This document shows, in pieces, positions 31,314-35,871 of a stretch of DNA of 35,871 nucleotides; the stretch's first letter is position 1; each line of letters begins with the position of its first letter. Both the position numbers and the translations under genes were made by a program. The notes under the pieces were generated by a model. It searched no databases, had not been told where the DNA came from, and saw only the letters and a list, made by a program, of their open reading frames with translations. This DNA comes from an uncultured Acidiferrobacter sp. GTDB taxonomy: Bacteria > Pseudomonadota > Gammaproteobacteria > Arenicellales > UBA868. Location of the stretch: positions 23,242 to 59,112 of the forward strand of contig CAYSMI010000001.1 in NCBI GenBank assembly GCA_964432165.1, written 5' to 3'.

Positions 31314-32477
31314 ATGGATGCTGTTGTGCGCCCACATACCCGTCTCCCGGTTTATGCGTCTGCCGAGGAGGTCGTCGCAAATCTGGAACCGAGTTATCCG
31401 GTGTTTTGTGTCCGCCGCCACCACATCAGTGCGGTGGCGAAGCAGTTTCTGGCGGGATTTCCCGGAGACGTCCTGTATGCGGTGAAGTGTAACCCCGAAC
31501 TGCATATGCTCAAGACTCTTTTCGATGCGGGGATTCGCCACTTTGACACCGCATCCTTAGCCGAGGTTGCCTTAGTAGCCGAGCAGCTGCCCGGGGCGAC
31601 GAGCTACTTTATGCATCCCGTCAAAAGCCGCGCAGCGATCCGCTCGGCGCACGAGGTTTACGGCGTCAATCACTACGTCGTGGACCATGTGACCGAGCTC
31701 GAGAAGATTGCGCAGATTATCCCGAAAAGCCCTGATACGGTGATTGTGGTGCGGGTGGCGATTCATTACGAAGGTGCGGTTTATGAGCTTTCCAGCAAGT
31801 TCGGCGCTCCGGTCGCCGAAGCGGTCGCCCTATCAAAAGCGGCCCTGGGCCACGGCTACCGGTACGGCGTCGCTTTTCATGTGGGCTCCCAATGCCTTGA
31901 TGGCGAGGGATTTGTGCAAGGGCTGCAACTCGCCGATGAGGTCATCCGTGGAGTTGGCGTGAGCCCGGTCTGTATTGATGTTGGCGGAGGGTTTCCGGGC
32001 GAATACCTGAACTCCATGGGCCAACAGATGGAAAGTTATTTTGCGAGCATCCGGCAGGGACTCTCGGGGCTTTCAGTGCCGGATAACTGCGCTGTCATGT
32101 GTGAGCCGGGAAGGGCACTGTGCGTAGATGGGGAGTCGCTGATCACCCAGGTGCACCTGCGCAAGGACGATGCGCTGTATCTCAATGACGGCATGTACGG
32201 CAGTTTCATCGAAGAGAAATACAACCTGCATCTGCCGGTGCGGCCCGTGGCCATACGGAACTTCTCGAGCGAACAACAGGAATACACGCTCTACGGACCC
32301 ACCTGCGATTCGCTCGACATATTCCCGCGCAGGGTCAGTCTTCCGGTGGACCTTGAGGAGGGCGACTGGATCGAGTTCGACCGGATCGGCGCCTATGGGG
32401 CGGCGTGTCGTACCCATTTCAACGGCTTCTTCGCCGACACCTTTGTTGAGGTAACCAGCAACTTCGGTGAGTCGTAA
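31314..32477 (+). CDS. Fold-type III PLP-dependent ornithine/lysine decarboxylase
   Basis: Motifs YAVKCNP (PLP lysine), FDTAS, HPVK, KFGA, FHVGSQC, DVGGGFP, EPGR, DG.YG, GPTCDS.D, GAY and FNGF. Confidence 0.92.
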   Translation: MDAVVRPHTRLPVYASAEEVVANLEPSYPVFCVRRHHISAVAKQFLAGFPGDVLYAVKCNPELHMLKTLFDAGIRHFDTASLAEVALVAEQLPGATSYFMHPVKSRAAIRSAHEVYGVNHYVVDHVTELEKIAQIIPKSPDTVIVVRVAIHYEGAVYELSSKFGAPVAEAVALSKAALGHGYRYGVAFHVGSQCLDGEGFVQGLQLADEVIRGVGVSPVCIDVGGGFPGEYLNSMGQQMESYFASIRQGLSGLSVPDNCAVMCEPGRALCVDGESLITQVHLRKDDALYLNDGMYGSFIEEKYNLHLPVRPVAIRNFSSEQQEYTLYGPTCDSLDIFPRRVSLPVDLEEGDWIEFDRIGAYGAACRTHFNGFFADTFVEVTSNFGES

Positions 32478-32562
32478 CTAGCCAGACAGAATTGCAGGCG
32501 GTATAAAATGCCGCCCTTTGCACGGCGCCGGAAACTCGGGCGCTGACACGAGCAGGAATGTC

Positions 32563-33540
32563 ATGAATCACGTCATCAGAGTCAGCGAGACCGGTGGTCC
32601 CGAGGTCATGCGGTGGGAAGCCGAGGAGGTTCCAAGCCCCGGCCCGTCAGAGATCCTGCTGCGTCATACCGCGGTAGGGCTCAACTACATCGATGTTTAC
32701 TTCAGAAGCGGGGTGTATCCCGCACCGCAATTGCCCTTTACGCCGGGACTGGAGGGGGCGGGTGTAATCGAAGCCGTCGGCGAAGAGGTCACAGACCTCG
32801 TCCCGGGTGATCGCGTGGGCTATGCCGCCCAACCGCTCGGCGCTTATTCGCAGTCGCGGGTCATGGCCGCAGACCGTGTCGTGCGACTGCCTGAGGGAAT
32901 CGATGACCGGGTCGCGGCCGCCATGATGCTGAAGGGTATGACCGTGCAGTATCTGCTGCGAAGCACCGTCGCCCTCAAAGCGGGGGACACCGTCCTGTTC
33001 CATGCTGCTGCGGGCGGCGTCGGGCTTATCGCCTGTCAGTGGGCCAAACACCTTGGCGTGACCATGATCGGCACCGTTGGCTCGGAAGAAAAGGCGGAGC
33101 TCGCCCGTGCCCATGGCTGCACCCATACCGTCCTCTACAACGAGGAGAACTTCGTCGATCGGGTCCAGGAACTGACAGATGGCAAAGGTGTCGACGCGGT
33201 CTATGACTCTGTGGGTCGCAATACCTTCCACCAGAGTCTCGACTGCCTCAGGATCCGTGGAACGCTGGTCCTTTTTGGGCAAAGCTCCGGCAAGGTCGAG
33301 CCTTTTGATCCGGGAGCGTTGTCGGGAAAAGGCTCGCTTTTCCTGACGCGTCCGACGCTCTTTAACTACACCGCGAGCCGCGAGGATCTGCTCCATTGCG
33401 CTTCGGAACTTTTCGATGTGCTGCAAAGCGGTGCCGTCAAGGCAGATATCAATCAGGAGTATCCGCTCTCGGAGGCGCAGCGGGCACATGAAGCCCTTGA
33501 AGGCCGACGGACCACGGGCGCTACACTTCTGTTGCCCTAG
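32563..33540 (+). CDS. qor: NADPH:quinone oxidoreductase (zeta-crystallin/MDR family)
   Basis: Motifs GGPEV, GLNYIDVY.RSG.Y, G.EGAG, HAAAGGVG, VYDSVG, FGQSSG, KGSLFLTRP and TTG...L.P. ATG 32563 has AGGA upstream. Confidence 0.94.
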   Translation: MNHVIRVSETGGPEVMRWEAEEVPSPGPSEILLRHTAVGLNYIDVYFRSGVYPAPQLPFTPGLEGAGVIEAVGEEVTDLVPGDRVGYAAQPLGAYSQSRVMAADRVVRLPEGIDDRVAAAMMLKGMTVQYLLRSTVALKAGDTVLFHAAAGGVGLIACQWAKHLGVTMIGTVGSEEKAELARAHGCTHTVLYNEENFVDRVQELTDGKGVDAVYDSVGRNTFHQSLDCLRIRGTLVLFGQSSGKVEPFDPGALSGKGSLFLTRPTLFNYTASREDLLHCASELFDVLQSGAVKADINQEYPLSEAQRAHEALEGRRTTGATLLLP

Positions 33541-33570
33541 GCACTCGCTATACTGGTGTAAAGTGAAACC

Positions 33571-34599
33571 ATGAACCTGTCAGACGCAATCCGGAAAGTC
33601 GCCCGGGGCGAGCACCTCAGCCACGAAGAGATGGGCGAGGTGATGCGCATCATCATGAGCGGCGATGCGACGCCTGCGCAGATTGGCGCGGTTCTCACGG
33701 CGCTGCACATCAAGGGTGAGACCGTCGAGGAGCTGACCGGGGCCGCGACCGTGATGCGCGAGTTTGCCGCCCGGGTCAACGTCAAGGCCGAGCAGGTGGC
33801 AGATTCTGTGGGCACAGGAGGCGACGGCGCGAGTCTTTTCAATGTCTCAACAGCATCGGCGCTGGTCGCGTGTGCTGCCGGTGCCGTGATGGCCAAACAT
33901 GGCAACCGTGCGGCCACCGGGAAGTCGGGAAGCGCCGATGCCCTGGAAGCCGCCGGGGTCAATATCACGCTTTCTCCGGAGCAGGTTGCCGAGACTATTG
34001 ACGCCGTGGGAATCGGGTTCATGTTTGCACCCACCCATCATGGTGCCACCCGCCATGCGGTAGGCCCCAGGCGGGAAATCGGAGTCCGGACATTGTTTAA
34101 CCTGCTTGGGCCGCTGACCAACCCGGCGGGTGCGCGCTGGCAGTTGGTCGGGGTATTTAACAAGGCCTGGGTCCACCCGCTGGCCGAGGCCTTTGCCAAC
34201 CTCGGCAGTGTCCACACCCTGGTGGTGTGTTCAGATGATGGCCTTGATGAAATCAGCATTGCGGCAGATACCCATGTCTCGGAATTGCGCGATGGACACA
34301 TTGAGGATTACGTGATCACACCCGAGCAGTTTGGTATCGAGCGCCAGCCGCTCGATGCGCTGGTCGTAGGGGACGCCGAGGAGAGCTTTCAGATGATCCG
34401 GTCTGTGCTCGGTGGCGAGCCCGGGTCAGCCGGCGATATGGTGGCGCTTAACGCCGGCGCGACGATCTATGCGGCTGATCTGGCGGATTCTCTTGAGAAT
34501 GGTATTGAGCGCGCGCGGGAGATTCTGAAAAGCAAAGCCGGGCACGCCAAACTGGAGGAGCTTGCGGCCTATACCCAGCAGTTTTCGGGGCAGGACTGA
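33571..34599 (+). CDS. trpD: Anthranilate phosphoribosyltransferase
   Basis: Motifs KGET.EE, GTGGDG...FNVST, KHGNR, SGSAD.LE, RT.FNLLGPLTNP, DG.DEIS and LNAGA.IY. Confidence 0.96.
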   Translation: MNLSDAIRKVARGEHLSHEEMGEVMRIIMSGDATPAQIGAVLTALHIKGETVEELTGAATVMREFAARVNVKAEQVADSVGTGGDGASLFNVSTASALVACAAGAVMAKHGNRAATGKSGSADALEAAGVNITLSPEQVAETIDAVGIGFMFAPTHHGATRHAVGPRREIGVRTLFNLLGPLTNPAGARWQLVGVFNKAWVHPLAEAFANLGSVHTLVVCSDDGLDEISIAADTHVSELRDGHIEDYVITPEQFGIERQPLDALVVGDAEESFQMIRSVLGGEPGSAGDMVALNAGATIYAADLADSLENGIERAREILKSKAGHAKLEELAAYTQQFSGQD

Positions 34600-34615
34600 G
34601 AAGGAGCGGGAGACC

Positions 34616-34855
34616 ATGCAGACAATTTTTGTACAGGTGAAATGCGAACTTGGCGAGGCCTACCAAGTGGCACAGTCACTGGTAGAGGTGGATGGGGTGT
34701 CCGAGGTGTACTCAATCTCGGGCCCTTATGATCTGCTTGCCAAATGCTATGTCGGTGACGGCGAGGACGTGGGCCATTTCGTCAACCAGCGCCTTCAAGT
34801 CCTTGCTGGAATCCGGGATACCCAGACGATCATTGCCTTTAATGCCTTCAGCTGA
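34616..34855 (+). CDS. Stand-alone Lrp/AsnC ligand-binding (RAM) domain protein, 79 aa, no HTH
   Basis: MQTIFVQVKCE...V.EVYSISGPYDLLAK...L.GIRDTQT matches the RAM pattern (SG.YDL, G...T.T). GGAG lies upstream of ATG 34616, which is 16 bp after the trpD stop. Confidence 0.88.
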   Translation: MQTIFVQVKCELGEAYQVAQSLVEVDGVSEVYSISGPYDLLAKCYVGDGEDVGHFVNQRLQVLAGIRDTQTIIAFNAFS

Positions 34856-34876
34856 TCTCAAGACAAATCTAGGACA

Positions 34877-34913
34877 GAAAAAGAGAAAGGTCGGCTCAGC
34901 CGGCCTTTTTTCT
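34877..34913. terminator. Rho-independent terminator, probably bidirectional, after trpD-RAM
   Basis: Stem AAAGGTCGGC-TCA-GCCGGCCTTT (one G-U pair), running into a T-tract and preceded by an A-rich tract. Confidence 0.8.
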
Positions 34914-35056
34914 GGAACCCGATACGTGCTTACTGGGACTACGCAACGATGTGATCGTCAGCCAGAGATCCGGAATTCCGAAAGATGTTGAAAGTTCACC
35001 GAATGCCTCCTTCGGCACGATGCAAAGTGCCTTTACTAACAAGAGCACTTTAGCTG

Positions 35057-35803
35057 ATGGCGGCGAACCAAGCTACAAGCATTGGAAACGGCAAGAGCGT
35101 CATTTATTTGCCAGGGCATCTGGCCAGACTCCATCAGAGTCTTCCGGTGGGTGAGCGCATTAAGGCCCGGTTGTCTCCCAGGCCCTCACGCGCCTGGTCA
35201 GCCCAACGGGCTGTGGATCTGGTGGTAGGCGCAGGATTTGGTTTGCACAGCAGATGTGTGTTCCGGGACGGGCGTGCAACCATCACGCTCGAACGCCTTC
35301 AGAGTCTGCCGGATTCAGTAGGGCCCGGCATGTCGATCCTGATCGTGGGGCTCAATCCGAGCCCGTATTCAGCAGACTCGGGGATCCCCTATGGCCGGCC
35401 TGGTAACCGCTTCTGGCCGGCTGCCCTGGGCGCAGGTCTTGTGAGCGTAGACCGTGATCCCCGCCGCGCACTATCTGAGCACGGCGTAGGCTTTACAGAT
35501 CTTGTCCGCAGAACGACGCGAAGGGCAGATGAAGTCAGTCATAGCGAATTCGAAGAAGGGTTTGCCCGGGTCTCCCGCTTGGTCAAATGGCTTAAACCCA
35601 CAATTGTCTGTTTTGTTGGCCTGAGTGCTTGGAGGGCGGTAGTCGAGAAGAAGGCGATGCCCGGTCTTCAGGATCAACGGATCGGCAGTTCGCCGGTCTA
35701 CGTGATGCCCCATACTAGCGGTCTCAATGCAAGTTGCCGTCTTGAGGATCTGACCAGGCATTTTTCCAAGGTACGCAGACTCGCCAGAACCGGAATTGGC
35801 TAG
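35057..35803 (+). CDS. mug: Mismatch-specific uracil/thymine DNA glycosylase (Mug/TDG family) with an N-terminal extension; start uncertain
   Basis: Motifs LPD...., VGLNPS, NRFW, G.TDLV.R.T, P..VCFVG and VMPHTSGLN; about 80 extra N-terminal residues. Confidence 0.85.
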   Translation: MAANQATSIGNGKSVIYLPGHLARLHQSLPVGERIKARLSPRPSRAWSAQRAVDLVVGAGFGLHSRCVFRDGRATITLERLQSLPDSVGPGMSILIVGLNPSPYSADSGIPYGRPGNRFWPAALGAGLVSVDRDPRRALSEHGVGFTDLVRRTTRRADEVSHSEFEEGFARVSRLVKWLKPTIVCFVGLSAWRAVVEKKAMPGLQDQRIGSSPVYVMPHTSGLNASCRLEDLTRHFSKVRRLARTGIG

Positions 35804-35871
35804 GGAGCAATACATAAGGCGCGACCTGTGGTGATTGGAATCAAAACGTACAAAGCGTCATTGAAACTGAC

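Noticed and set aside
32647-33489. 280-aa antisense ORF opposite qor (similarly 23532-24287 opposite the FDH alpha subunit and 10469-11143 opposite argE)
   Set aside because: Shadow ORFs with no independent domain signal.

Overview
A compact stretch of chromosomal housekeeping and metabolic genes, about 26 CDS, most likely from a GC-rich gammaproteobacterium (inferred from the gamma-type GshA, ccmAB and an E. coli-type LexA box). I found no rRNA, tRNA, CRISPR array, IS element or prophage. Gene order: ligA (5'-truncated), acnA, an EamA/DMT transporter, N-formylglutamate amidohydrolase, a minus-strand hbd / hydantoinase-oxoprolinase / unknown 308-aa cluster, argE, gshA plus an arabinokinase-N-like glycosyltransferase, yjbQ, dusA-asmA-FAH-ilvD, an orphan ccmAB pair, a two-subunit NAD-dependent formate dehydrogenase plus folD, a stand-alone dnaE2, an MFS transporter, a fold-III ornithine/lysine decarboxylase, qor, trpD plus a stand-alone Lrp/AsnC (RAM) domain protein, and a Mug/TDG-family glycosylase with an N-terminal extension. 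Best leads: (1) trpD paired with a stand-alone RAM protein, a candidate amino-acid-sensing allosteric module; (2) dnaE2 without imuA/imuB, preceded by a 34-bp palindrome containing a canonical SOS box; (3) a structured leader with competing stems upstream of the FDH-folD operon; (4) the hydantoinase-like plus unknown helical protein pair; (5) an atypical Mug. All family calls come from motif recognition by eye; no database searches were run.
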